Virus record (IMG/VR): IMGVR_UViG_2695420714_000022
Source: a virus
Lineage: Duplodnaviria > Heunggongvirae > Uroviricota > Caudoviricetes
Length of the DNA stretch: 15,467 nt
Reading direction: 5' to 3' (one strand)
Below, in pieces: positions 6,898 to 15,467 of the stretch; position 1 is the first letter of the stretch; the number at the start of each line of letters is the position of its first letter. The notes beneath the pieces are model-generated. The model was given only the letters and a program-made list of their open reading frames with translations, searched no databases and was not told where the DNA came from. The position numbers and the translations under genes were made by a program.

Positions 6898-9800
6898 TCA
6901 GCTGATACTGATGCCTGCGGTGGCTTTCTTCATCACCACAACCAGCAAATCGCTGATACATGCTGTGGGATACCAGTTATTCACCAGCCATGCTGACACC
7001 GAAAACTCCAGCGTCATGTGACCGTGACCGGCAGGCATATCAATAACACCACTGTAAATCAGCGTATTATCCAGCGCGGTACGGTTATAAATTTCAGCAC
7101 CGTTTTTCCGCACTATCAGACGGCATGAGGAGTAAATATCAGTATGCTCTTTCTCATGTTTAGCGCCGCTGAATGCCACCGCCGGAATAACAATCTGCCG
7201 GTCAAACGGCTGATCGTCATAAACCCTGACGGTAATGGTCCCTGATGGCCACCGCTCCGGTGCACGGGAGTCCCGGGGGAAAGCTTTGCCCACTGTTTTA
7301 ACGAGATCGCCTTCAATCTGGTTGGCGGACAATTTTCCCAGAACCCGACAGTTCTCGTTAATCGTGACGTTGTTGAGCGTCCCGGAGTTCGCATTCACGT
7401 TACCGCTGATATCGGCATTTTTCGCCGTCAGCCGCCCGTCCGGTGTCAGGGAAAATGCCGGAGGATTACCGCCGCTGGTAATGGTCGGAGCTGTCAGGCG
7501 TTTCAGGAACACGTCGTTCATGAATATCTGATCGCCCTGACCAACAAACATCGGCTTTGTGTTGCCATTCGCAGGATTAATCATCGCAATCCGGTCAGCA
7601 GCCAGAAGCACCTGACTCTGCATACCTGCTGGCGTATTCCCAATACCGGCTCCGATACCCGCAATATAAAGGCGTCCGTCCTTCATCTGCTGCAGTTTCA
7701 CGGCCCACATGCTGTTCAGGTTATTATTTGTATCAACCTGAACTTTCTGTATCTGCTGGATTGCCGCACTCTGGTCTTCCAGTTTTTTATTGACGGTCTG
7801 CGTGATTTCATTGCTGACATTCGTAATGGACGTCCTGATTTCAGCCAGGTCCGGCGCAAGCTGACCGTTATCAATCTGCGTCCACAACTCCTGGGCCAGA
7901 TGTGTTTTCCCGATTTCTCCTTTGAAAAAATCCAGGTAACCTTCCGCATCATCGCTCGCCCGACCGACAGCCTCCACGAATGCCGATTTGCCAACGGTGT
8001 TCACACTGCGAACGTAAAAATAATAATCATGGCCCGGTTTGATATTGATACTGGCGGCTATCCAGTACAGCGCCGTACCAAGATAGCGGGCTGTGGTTTC
8101 AACCTGCCTGATATCGGTAATCCGCTTTTCCGAGAACCAGAACTCAAACTGTACCGTCGGGTCATAAACAGCAAGATGCGGCGTGGCGGTTATCTGAAAA
8201 TAGCCCGGCGTCAGCTCAATCCTCGACGGTGCTGCCGGTGCGGCAATCCGGAACGATACCGACGCCGGATCGCCCTGCTGCCCCCGGGCATTTACCGCCC
8301 GGACTGTCAGCCTGTAGTTCCCCAGCGCCAGTTGCGTGAAGCGGTATGTGGTTTCCGTCGTCCGGGCCGTGCTGACCAGTCGCTCACTGCCGTCGTCCGC
8401 TGTTACGGTCAGACGGAGCAGGAAGCTCACGCCCTTCACCACCTTCGGTGTGTCCCATCGCGCCAGCACCTGATATTCCCCGCTGTCTGCAGTGACTTCG
8501 GCGGTCAGGTGCTGCACTGCTGGCGGCGTGACACCATTCACCGTGCCGCTCTGGTCACCGTCAAAGTGCGCCCCGTTATCCACGATGGCTTCTTTCTCCG
8601 GTACATGCTGCACGGCGGTGATGGCATACGTGCCGTCATCGTTCTCACGGATACTCACGCAGCGGAACAGGCGCTGGCGCAGCGTCGGCAGCTTCAGCCC
8701 CCACACGCTGTATTCTGCAACGCCGTCAGGAACACGGCTCACTTTCACCTTCACGCCGTCGGTGACGGACTGGACCTCCACGCTGACCGGATTACCCTGA
8801 CCGTCAACCAGGCTTATCAGCGTGGTACCGGAGGATGGCAGCGTGATTTCACGGTCGAGCGTCAGCGTCCGGGTCTGGCTGTTCACCGCCAGCACGCGCC
8901 CGCCGGTGCTGATACCCGCATAGTCATCATCGCAGATTTCAATGACATCCCCCGGTACATGGCGAAGCCCTTCCGCACCCACGCTGAAGTCCACGGTCTG
9001 CGTTTCCAGCAGTTCCGTTTTAATCAGCCACAGCCCGGCGCGGTGCGCCTGCCCCCGGCTGGTACAGCCAAAGGCATCCATCTTCGTGACGTTACGACCG
9101 TAACGGGCAATGGCCTGCGTATCTTCAACAAGCTCTGTCGCCGTCTCCCAGCCGTTATCCGGGTCAATCCAGTTCACCTCAACGGCATTATGACGGTCCT
9201 TCAGGGCACTGAAGCTGTAGCGGAACGGCGCGCCATCATCCGGCATCACCACATTACTGCGGTTATAGGTCCACACCTTATCCGACGGTCGGTCCTGCAC
9301 GAACGTCAGCGTCTGCCCGTTCCATACCGGCATACAGCGCATCGCCGAGCAGAAATCACTGAGAACATCCCACGCCTTGCGCTGTGTGGTCAGGTAGGCA
9401 TTACAGGTGATGCGCGGCTCCGTGCCACCAAAGCCATCCGGCACCGACTGGTCGCAATTCTGGCCGATGACATACAGCGCCCATTTGTCCACATCCGCCG
9501 CACCGAGACGCTTCCCCATGCCGTAGCGCGGATGGGTCAGCATATCCCACAGACACCAGGCCATGTTGTTGCTGTATGCTGGCTTAAACGTTCCGTCCCA
9601 GATACCGCTGTATTGCCGCGTCTGCGGGTTATAGTTCGACGGCACCTGCAGAATGCGCCCGCGAAGATGATAATTACGGCTCACCTGCTGGCTGCCGAAC
9701 TGTTCCGAGTCCACCTGCACGCCGACCAGTGCCGTGTTCGGGTAGCCCTGTTTCACATCGATGATTTCGGTGTATGACGACCAGAGCGTTTTGTTCTGCA

Positions 9801-10377
9801 GCTGGTCTGTGGTGCTGTCCGGCGTCATTCTGCGCATCCGGATATTAAACGGGCGCGGCGGCAGGTTATCCACCACCACCGAGGCCAGATACTGCGAGGT
9901 GGTTTTGCCCTTAATGGTGATGTCTTTTTCCGTCACCCAGCCACCGTTACGCTGGATCTGAACCAGCAGGCGGACTTCCGACGGATTCCTGTCCCCCTTT
10001 GAGGTGGTTTCCACCAGTGCCTGCACACCGAAGGTAAAGCGCAGACGGTCGATGTTTGCCGACGTGATGGTCCGGGTGATCGGCGTGTCATATTTCACTT
10101 CCGTACCCAGCACCGTCTCGGAGCCGGAGGATTCAAATCCCTCCGGCGGTGTCTGCTCCTGCTCACCTGCCCGGAACACCACCGTGACACCGGATATATT
10201 GGTATTCCCCTCACTGTCCAGCACCGGCGTACTGTTCAGCAGCACGCTTTTTAATCCGTCCACCGGACCTTCAACCGGCCCTTCGCTGATGGCATCGATC
10301 ACACTCAGCAGCTGCGTGGACTTCAGGTTGTCCCTCGCTTCGCGCGGGGTATGCCCCTTACTGCTTCCTTTACCCAT
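6898..10377 (-). CDS. J: Tail tip / host specificity protein J (central tail fibre)
   Basis: 1159 aa, lambda J-like throughout, with C-terminus ...[45 protein letters not shown] resembling the LamB-binding end of lambda J from memory. GAGGA RBS immediately upstream. Confidence 0.95.
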   Translation of the reverse strand: MGKGSSKGHTPREARDNLKSTQLLSVIDAISEGPVEGPVDGLKSVLLNSTPVLDSEGNTNISGVTVVFRAGEQEQTPPEGFESSGSETVLGTEVKYDTPITRTITSANIDRLRFTFGVQALVETTSKGDRNPSEVRLLVQIQRNGGWVTEKDITIKGKTTSQYLASVVVDNLPPRPFNIRMRRMTPDSTTDQLQNKTLWSSYTEIIDVKQGYPNTALVGVQVDSEQFGSQQVSRNYHLRGRILQVPSNYNPQTRQYSGIWDGTFKPAYSNNMAWCLWDMLTHPRYGMGKRLGAADVDKWALYVIGQNCDQSVPDGFGGTEPRITCNAYLTTQRKAWDVLSDFCSAMRCMPVWNGQTLTFVQDRPSDKVWTYNRSNVVMPDDGAPFRYSFSALKDRHNAVEVNWIDPDNGWETATELVEDTQAIARYGRNVTKMDAFGCTSRGQAHRAGLWLIKTELLETQTVDFSVGAEGLRHVPGDVIEICDDDYAGISTGGRVLAVNSQTRTLTLDREITLPSSGTTLISLVDGQGNPVSVEVQSVTDGVKVKVSRVPDGVAEYSVWGLKLPTLRQRLFRCVSIRENDDGTYAITAVQHVPEKEAIVDNGAHFDGDQSGTVNGVTPPAVQHLTAEVTADSGEYQVLARWDTPKVVKGVSFLLRLTVTADDGSERLVSTARTTETTYRFTQLALGNYRLTVRAVNARGQQGDPASVSFRIAAPAAPSRIELTPGYFQITATPHLAVYDPTVQFEFWFSEKRITDIRQVETTARYLGTALYWIAASINIKPGHDYYFYVRSVNTVGKSAFVEAVGRASDDAEGYLDFFKGEIGKTHLAQELWTQIDNGQLAPDLAEIRTSITNVSNEITQTVNKKLEDQSAAIQQIQKVQVDTNNNLNSMWAVKLQQMKDGRLYIAGIGAGIGNTPAGMQSQVLLAADRIAMINPANGNTKPMFVGQGDQIFMNDVFLKRLTAPTITSGGNPPAFSLTPDGRLTAKNADISGNVNANSGTLNNVTINENCRVLGKLSANQIEGDLVKTVGKAFPRDSRAPERWPSGTITVRVYDDQPFDRQIVIPAVAFSGAKHEKEHTDIYSSCRLIVRKNGAEIYNRTALDNTLIYSGVIDMPAGHGHMTLEFSVSAWLVNNWYPTACISDLLVVVMKKATAGISIS

Positions 10378-10400
10378 TCCTCACACTCCATAAACAACAA

Positions 10401-10419
10401 AGCCGCCCAAAAGGCGGCT
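10401..10419 (-). terminator. Candidate terminator downstream of the lipoprotein moron
   Basis: Stem AGCCGCC / GGCGGCT with 5-nt loop; on the minus strand followed by TTGTTGTTTAT. Confidence 0.45.
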
Positions 10420-10443
10420 CATGAGTTACGACAGGATTAACTA

Positions 10444-10782
10444 TTATTTACATGCATTAACACTATCAGCAAAAATTTTTGGCGTTAATGCTGGTACACG
10501 TTCATAAAGAGTAAAACTACTGCCATTTCCTGCTTTTTTGATATCAAGCACAACATCATATCCCCCCATAGCCTGTGGAACTAAAAGGCTTACCCCATTC
10601 TCAATAGGAAGGGATGTTATAGGTGTTCCATTACCAGCCCATTGTCTGGATATGCAGCCTGACAATTCATCAATATTTTTTAATGAATTACCTTCCATTA
10701 CAGGTTTTCCGGATTTTACGTAATCCAAAGATTTACATCCTGTTAAGGCAATAATCGTGCAGAATAAAATCGTTTTGTTCAT
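10444..10782 (-). CDS. Small secreted lipoprotein; moron inserted between I and J
   Basis: The second Met of the ORF gives MNKTILFCTIIALTGC, a textbook signal peptide with lipobox L-T-G-C. Mature protein is about 95 aa with two more Cys. The ~480-bp I-J gap is AT-rich by eye, unlike the flanking tail genes; RBS is weak. Confidence 0.6.
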   Translation of the reverse strand: MNKTILFCTIIALTGCKSLDYVKSGKPVMEGNSLKNIDELSGCISRQWAGNGTPITSLPIENGVSLLVPQAMGGYDVVLDIKKAGNGSSFTLYERVPALTPKIFADSVNACK

Positions 10783-10855
10783 ATAGCTAACCAATAGAAT
10801 AATTATCAGTGTTCGATATAAATATTAAATTAGTTAGAACATGAGTAAAATAATA

Positions 10856-11497
10856 TTACCGCCCAATTACCACAACCTGACCACCATCCCCTTCATCTGC
10901 CGTGCTAATCTCCTGAGATGCCACACGTGACCCCACGCGCATTTCACCGTACAGAACAGGCAGGACATTGCCCTGGGCAACCATGTTATCCAGTGAGGAG
11001 AAATAGGTGTTCTGTTTGCCGTTATCCGTTGTCTGTGTACGGGGAGTTCTGGCTTTCGGTGCCAGCATCTGCGCCACACCACCAAGCGTCATCGCCGCAC
11101 CCATTGAAAAGAGAATGTCACTGAAAGCGATACTGATCCCCGGCATCCAGATTGCCGTAGCAATCAACGCCGCACCCAGCACCGCCTGAAACACACCGCC
11201 ACTTTTTGCTCCCGCAAGACGCGGCACGATGTGGATCACGGCACCATTTGCCAGCGGCTCATTAAGACGGGATGATAATTCGGTTTCTCCTGCATCCCGC
11301 CCGGCAATCCGTACCTGATACCAGCCATCGCTCAGTTTCTGACGAAACGCCGGGAGCTGTGTGGCCAGTGCCCGGATGGCTTCAGCCCCCGTTTTCACAC
11401 GAAGGTCGATGCGGCGGCCAAATCGTTGCAAATCCCCGTAAAGGCAGATGCGTGCCATTCCCGGTGACGCCAGAGGGAGTGTGTGCGTCGCTGCCAT
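10856..11497 (-). CDS. I: Tail assembly protein I
   Basis: 213 aa. MAATHTLPLASPGMARICLYGDLQRFGRRIDLRVKTGAEAIRALATQLPAF... and C-terminus ...ISTADEGDGGQVVVIGR are lambda I-like from memory. Overlaps the 3' end of K. Confidence 0.85.
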   Translation of the reverse strand: MAATHTLPLASPGMARICLYGDLQRFGRRIDLRVKTGAEAIRALATQLPAFRQKLSDGWYQVRIAGRDAGETELSSRLNEPLANGAVIHIVPRLAGAKSGGVFQAVLGAALIATAIWMPGISIAFSDILFSMGAAMTLGGVAQMLAPKARTPRTQTTDNGKQNTYFSSLDNMVAQGNVLPVLYGEMRVGSRVASQEISTADEGDGGQVVVIGR

Positions 11498-12138
11498 TTG
11501 TCGGTATACCTCTCTCGTTTACTCAGTTGTTCAGGAATATGGTGCAGCAGCTCACCGTCGCCGCAGTAAATGGCGGCGTGATTCGGCACCGATGAACCAA
11601 AACAGCACAGCAGCACATCGCCCGGCTGCGCCTCTGTCAGTGCGACACGGTAAAAACCAGTAGCCTCCATATTGTCAAGATAGAGATTCTGACCGTGACG
11701 CCACCAGTCATCCCCGCGATGAAAATCCGGCATCTCAATCCCCGCCAGATGGTAAGCATCCCGGAACAGTGTGTAACAGTCCGTCACCCCGTACTCAAAG
11801 CGCCGCCCGGTGAGATGCGGCACACAGCGGAACTTGTGAATCGCCCCCCGGCAGACCAGCCACCACGGCAAATCGCTCTGCACCTGCAGCCGCCGGTCAG
11901 CCTCACTCAGCCAGGGCAGACCACCGGGGTGGCTGTGGACCAGCGCCACAATCTCACCCTGCATCTCTGCCTGCAGCCAGTCCTCCGGAGCCATCCGGAA
12001 ATACGCCTCCGGCTCACCGGAGATATTCACGCAGGGGAAATATCTTTCCCCCTCCGGTGTTCTCACCACGAAGCCGCACGACTCCGCTGGCGCACATCGC
12101 CGGGCGTGCGCCAGAATCGCTGATTCTGTCTCTGTCAT
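11395..12138 (-). CDS. K: Tail assembly protein K (JAB/MPN metalloprotease plus NlpC/P60-like domain)
   Basis: Starts at MTETESAILAHARRCAPAESCGF..., with the ATG 5 bp after the L stop. JAMM motif HSHPGGLPWLSEAD (H-x-H-x7-S-x2-D). The 3' end overlaps I by about 100 bp, so the exact stop used is uncertain. Confidence 0.85.
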   Translation of the reverse strand: MTETESAILAHARRCAPAESCGFVVRTPEGERYFPCVNISGEPEAYFRMAPEDWLQAEMQGEIVALVHSHPGGLPWLSEADRRLQVQSDLPWWLVCRGAIHKFRCVPHLTGRRFEYGVTDCYTLFRDAYHLAGIEMPDFHRGDDWWRHGQNLYLDNMEATGFYRVALTEAQPGDVLLCCFGSSVPNHAAIYCGDGELLHHIPEQLSKRERYTDKWQRRTHSLWRHREWHASAFTGICNDLAAASTFV

Positions 12139-12142
12139 GGGA

Positions 12143-12841
12143 TTACTGCGAAAGTTTGTTAATGGAAAGGAAGCCGCCAAAGTTGCCGACGTTATTGCGA
12201 AACTTACAGCCGCTCAGGCATTTGCTGCATTTATCCTTCGTGATATCGGACGTCGGCTGGTCATATTCATCCGCGACTGCCGGACCGTGATAACCGCACT
12301 CATCACCGCGATAGGTCCAGGTGCAGGTGTTGGCCAGCATGATACGCCCCGGAAAAACAGCGCCATCCGTTTCTGTCGGCGTGGACAGTACAAAGGAGGC
12401 ACTCACCGCGCTCAGTTCGCTGCACTGCTCGATGCGCCAGCGGCTGATCACCTCCTGCTCCGGATCGGCGTCTCTGTTTCCGTTGACGAAGTTCACCGCA
12501 TCCAGAAAACGGGCGTAAACCTTACGCCGGACCACCGTTCCGCCGACCAGACTCTGCATATCTTCCACCATACCGGTGACCATGCCGTACAGGTTAGAGA
12601 CTGCCAGCGTGGGCCGCGTACTGGTGCCTTTGCCATTCAGTTCAAAACCGCTCCCCTGAATGGGATACGCCTGATACTGCCTCCCCTGCCAGGTGACCGG
12701 CTCACCTTTTTCGTTCTGCTCATTACAGAAAAAATAACGTTCTCCACCGACCTCTGTCAGATCGATTTCCCAGAGCACCACGCTGGCCGACTGCTCCGCA
12801 CGGGTGCATTCATTCAGTGTTTCCTGCCGGATATCCTGCAT
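12143..12841 (-). CDS. L: Tail tip protein L
   Basis: 232 aa, same length as lambda L. MQDIRQETLNECTRAEQSASVVLWEIDLTEVGGERYFF... with a C-terminal Cys cluster (C-x-x-C-x-x-x-C). Start ATG overlaps the M stop (ATGA). Confidence 0.9.
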   Translation of the reverse strand: MQDIRQETLNECTRAEQSASVVLWEIDLTEVGGERYFFCNEQNEKGEPVTWQGRQYQAYPIQGSGFELNGKGTSTRPTLAVSNLYGMVTGMVEDMQSLVGGTVVRRKVYARFLDAVNFVNGNRDADPEQEVISRWRIEQCSELSAVSASFVLSTPTETDGAVFPGRIMLANTCTWTYRGDECGYHGPAVADEYDQPTSDITKDKCSKCLSGCKFRNNVGNFGGFLSINKLSQ

Positions 12842-13170
12842 CAGTTCACCACCTGTTTAAACTCTGCGCTGAACCCAACACGCAACATACTGACCTGCGA
12901 CGACCATTTTGCGCAGGTCACCTTTATCTGCCTGTAACCATAAGGCGGCGTCCACAGAAAGGCCTTCCAGCCCCCGTGCTCAGCCAGAAACGACTCCAGC
13001 GCCGTGGCCTCCTCACGGGAGACAGACAGCGTCACGCTGTACGTTTTCAGGTCAGCGTTCAGCCCGGCAGGCGCACGCTGGGAATAGCCATCACCAAAGC
13101 GCACCTCCCTGACGGAAGGAGCCGATGTCACATCCATCCCGGGTTTCACTTTCCAGCGGAAGGTCTTCAT
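12841..13170 (-). CDS. M: Tail tip protein M
   Basis: 109 aa, same length as lambda M. MKTFRWKVKPGMDVTSAPSVREVRFGDGYSQRAPAGLN... Start ATG overlaps the H stop (ATGA). Confidence 0.9.
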   Translation of the reverse strand: MKTFRWKVKPGMDVTSAPSVREVRFGDGYSQRAPAGLNADLKTYSVTLSVSREEATALESFLAEHGGWKAFLWTPPYGYRQIKVTCAKWSSQVSMLRVGFSAEFKQVVN

Positions 13171-15467
13171 CGTCCACCTCCGGAGAACAGTCCACCATCA
13201 CGCATCTGTGTCTGAATTTCATCACGGGCACCCTTGCGGGCCATGTCATACACCGCCTTCAGAGCAGCCGGACCTATCTGCCCGTTCGTGCCGTCGTTGT
13301 TAATCACCACATGGTTATTCTGCTCAAACGTCCCGGACGCCTGCGACCGGCTGTCAGCCAGACTGCCCGGTGTACCGACATAACCACCGGTGGCATAGCC
13401 GCGCATCAGCCGGTAGAGATTCCCCACGCCAATCCGGCTGGTTGCCTCCTTTGTGAAGACAAATTCACCACGGTGAACAATCCCCGCTGGCTCATATTTG
13501 CCGCCGGTTCCCGTAAATCCTCCGGTTGCAAAATGGAATTTCGCCGCAGCGGCCTGAATGGCTGTACCGCCTGACGCGGATGCGCCGCCACCAACAGCCC
13601 CGCCAATGGCGCTGCCGATACTCCCGACAATCCCCACCATTGCCTGCTTAAGCAGAATTTCTGTCATCATGGACAGCACGGAACGGGTGAATCCCCGCCA
13701 GTTCTGTTCGCTGCCGGTCAGCATCGCCGCCATATTCTGTGCAATACCGTCAAAGGTCTGCGTGGCCACACTTTTAACCTGCGAAAAACTGTCCGTCGCA
13801 CTTTCCGCCCACTCTCCCCAGCCGGACTTCATCCCGGCCATCCAGCTTCCACGAAGCTGCTCCTCCGCAGACCAGGTGTTCTTCAGTGCCGATGTGGCCT
13901 TCGCCAGCGCAGCCGGATTATCACCGTACACCTCACGAAGGCGCTGCTCTTCCGACTCCCGCTGCGCCTGACGGTCGGTGAGGCCGCGGGCTTTTGCGCT
14001 GATTGCCGCCTGCTTCGCGCTTTGCTGCTGTTCAAACCGCGCCGCCTGCTGTGCCAGCTCATTCAGCCGCTTCTGGTGTTCAATCTTGTCTCCCAGCTCA
14101 GCCAGCTGGCGTTTGTACTCCAGCGTCTCTTTCTCATGAGCCAGCAGGGATTTTTCCTGCTCAGATAACTGCCGTTTCGTGGCGGCCTCTTTCAGGACCA
14201 CATACTGACTTTCCGCTTCCCATAAATCCCGGCGCTGCTGGCTGATTTTCTCATTCACACCGCTGTGTTTTTCCAGCGTCCTGAGCTCGGTTTCAAGCGC
14301 CAGCAGGGCTGCATGCGCCCGGTCTTCCTGGCGCTCACCGGCAGACACCTTCACACCTGACGGCTTTTTCAGCGTCGATTCATAATCCTTTTTTGCCGAC
14401 GCCATCAGCGTGTTGTAATCCGCCTGCAGGATTTTTCCGTCTTTCAGGGCCTTATTCAGCTCTTTCTGACGGGCGGTATATTTATCCAGCGGCGTCTGCA
14501 GGCGCTCATACGCCTTCTGCGCCTCTCCGGTATACTTCAGCTGTGACGACTCACGCTCAGCCCTGTCCCTTGCCGCCAGTTCACCGGCTTTTTCCATATC
14601 CGACTGCAGCGTGGCCGCTGCCAGACCCAGACGGGCATTTTCCCGGTCATCCCATGCCCCCTGAAGGTTCGCACGAAAAGAGGAGGTCTTTCCCCGGCGC
14701 TGGCTCCGGCTCTGGTACCACTGCCATTTTTTATCCGCCTCATCAAATGCCTTCTGCGCACTGGCGAGCATATCCGCTGAGGATTCCGGACGACCGATAT
14801 CCAGAATGGCATCCCACATCGATTTGAATGCCTTCCCTGTTTTATCCGCCCAGGTCTCCAGTGTTCCCATGTTTTCTTTCAGGCGACGGGTCTGCTCATC
14901 AAAGCCTTTCGTGGCGATATCGTTCGCCGCCTGCAATGCCCCGGCCTCGTCTCCGGAACGCTGCAGCTGTGCAACATACGCAATCTGCTCTGCCGTCACG
15001 TTACGGAACTGGCGCGCCATCGCCATCAGTCCCGACGTCGGGTCAGTGGTCAGCTTCCCGAAGGCTTCAGCGACTTTATCCACCTCCACACCGGATGCAG
15101 ACGCAAAACGCGCGACACTCTGGTTGATGGCATCAAACTGTTCACCACCACGCACACCGGCATTCACCAGGGCTGCCAGTGACTCTCTCGCCTGGTTAAA
15201 CGTCAGCCCTGCTGCCTGCCCGGCTCTTGAGAGCGTCAGCATACGATCGGCAGTCAGTCCGGCCTGATTGCCGGAAAGGACCAGCGTTTTATTAAATTCT
15301 GAAAGCGTGGCGTCGCCCTGGTACCAGGCGTACGCCAGCGCACCTGTCGCCACCGCCAGCGAGGTGACCCCGACCATCGGCAGGGTGATCGCACCGGCAA
15401 GCCCCCTGAACATGGGGATCATCCCGCCGAAGGAGTCCTTCACCTGACCGCCCTGTTGCAGCAGGAT
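13167..15467 (-). CDS. H: Tail tape measure protein H, 5'-truncated by the window edge
   Basis: The frame is open to the last base of the window; the listed start at 15443 is an internal GTG. C-terminus ...NNDGTNGQIGPAALKAVYDMARKGARDEIQTQMRDGGLFSGGGR and the coiled-coil-rich middle are lambda H-like from memory. Confidence 0.9.
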   Translation of the reverse strand: MLLQQGGQVKDSFGGMIPMFRGLAGAITLPMVGVTSLAVATGALAYAWYQGDATLSEFNKTLVLSGNQAGLTADRMLTLSRAGQAAGLTFNQARESLAALVNAGVRGGEQFDAINQSVARFASASGVEVDKVAEAFGKLTTDPTSGLMAMARQFRNVTAEQIAYVAQLQRSGDEAGALQAANDIATKGFDEQTRRLKENMGTLETWADKTGKAFKSMWDAILDIGRPESSADMLASAQKAFDEADKKWQWYQSRSQRRGKTSSFRANLQGAWDDRENARLGLAAATLQSDMEKAGELAARDRAERESSQLKYTGEAQKAYERLQTPLDKYTARQKELNKALKDGKILQADYNTLMASAKKDYESTLKKPSGVKVSAGERQEDRAHAALLALETELRTLEKHSGVNEKISQQRRDLWEAESQYVVLKEAATKRQLSEQEKSLLAHEKETLEYKRQLAELGDKIEHQKRLNELAQQAARFEQQQSAKQAAISAKARGLTDRQAQRESEEQRLREVYGDNPAALAKATSALKNTWSAEEQLRGSWMAGMKSGWGEWAESATDSFSQVKSVATQTFDGIAQNMAAMLTGSEQNWRGFTRSVLSMMTEILLKQAMVGIVGSIGSAIGGAVGGGASASGGTAIQAAAAKFHFATGGFTGTGGKYEPAGIVHRGEFVFTKEATSRIGVGNLYRLMRGYATGGYVGTPGSLADSRSQASGTFEQNNHVVINNDGTNGQIGPAALKAVYDMARKGARDEIQTQMRDGGLFSGGGR

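Noticed and set aside
6228-6905. 225-aa plus-strand ORF antisense to lom
   Set aside because: Overlaps lom and the J-lom terminator completely; no motifs; shadow ORF.
7900-9777. 625-aa plus-strand ORF antisense to J
   Set aside because: Arg-rich, low-complexity, fully contained within the well-supported J gene on the opposite strand; a typical antisense shadow ORF in GC-rich coding DNA.
11395-11497. K/I overlap of about 100 bp as a possible programmed frameshift site
   Set aside because: Lambda K and I also overlap substantially as I recall, and I see no slippery heptamer. More likely ordinary gene overlap with independent initiation of I.
12137-12937. 266-aa plus-strand ORF antisense to L, and 142-aa ORF 11695..12123 antisense to K
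   Set aside because: Both are embedded in strongly supported L and K genes on the other strand and show no recognisable domains.

Overview
This window reads as the host-proximal end of a lambda-like prophage (siphovirus tail module) plus its junction with the chromosome. Product calls rest on motifs I can read in the translations and on my memory of phage lambda proteins; no alignment or database search was run. From right to left on the minus strand: tape measure H (5'-truncated by the window edge), M, L, K, I, a small AT-rich lipoprotein insertion, J, lom, side tail fibre stf, a macro-domain ORF wedged between stf and tfa, and tfa. Convergent on the plus strand are an AT-rich hexapeptide-repeat acyltransferase and a DinI-family gene behind a LexA box. 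The first ~290 bp appear to be chromosomal and end in a truncated MerR-type HTH gene start (probably mlrA/yehV), which would mark the prophage attachment junction. The most interesting candidates are the macro-domain protein translationally coupled to stf, and the lipoprotein moron between I and J.
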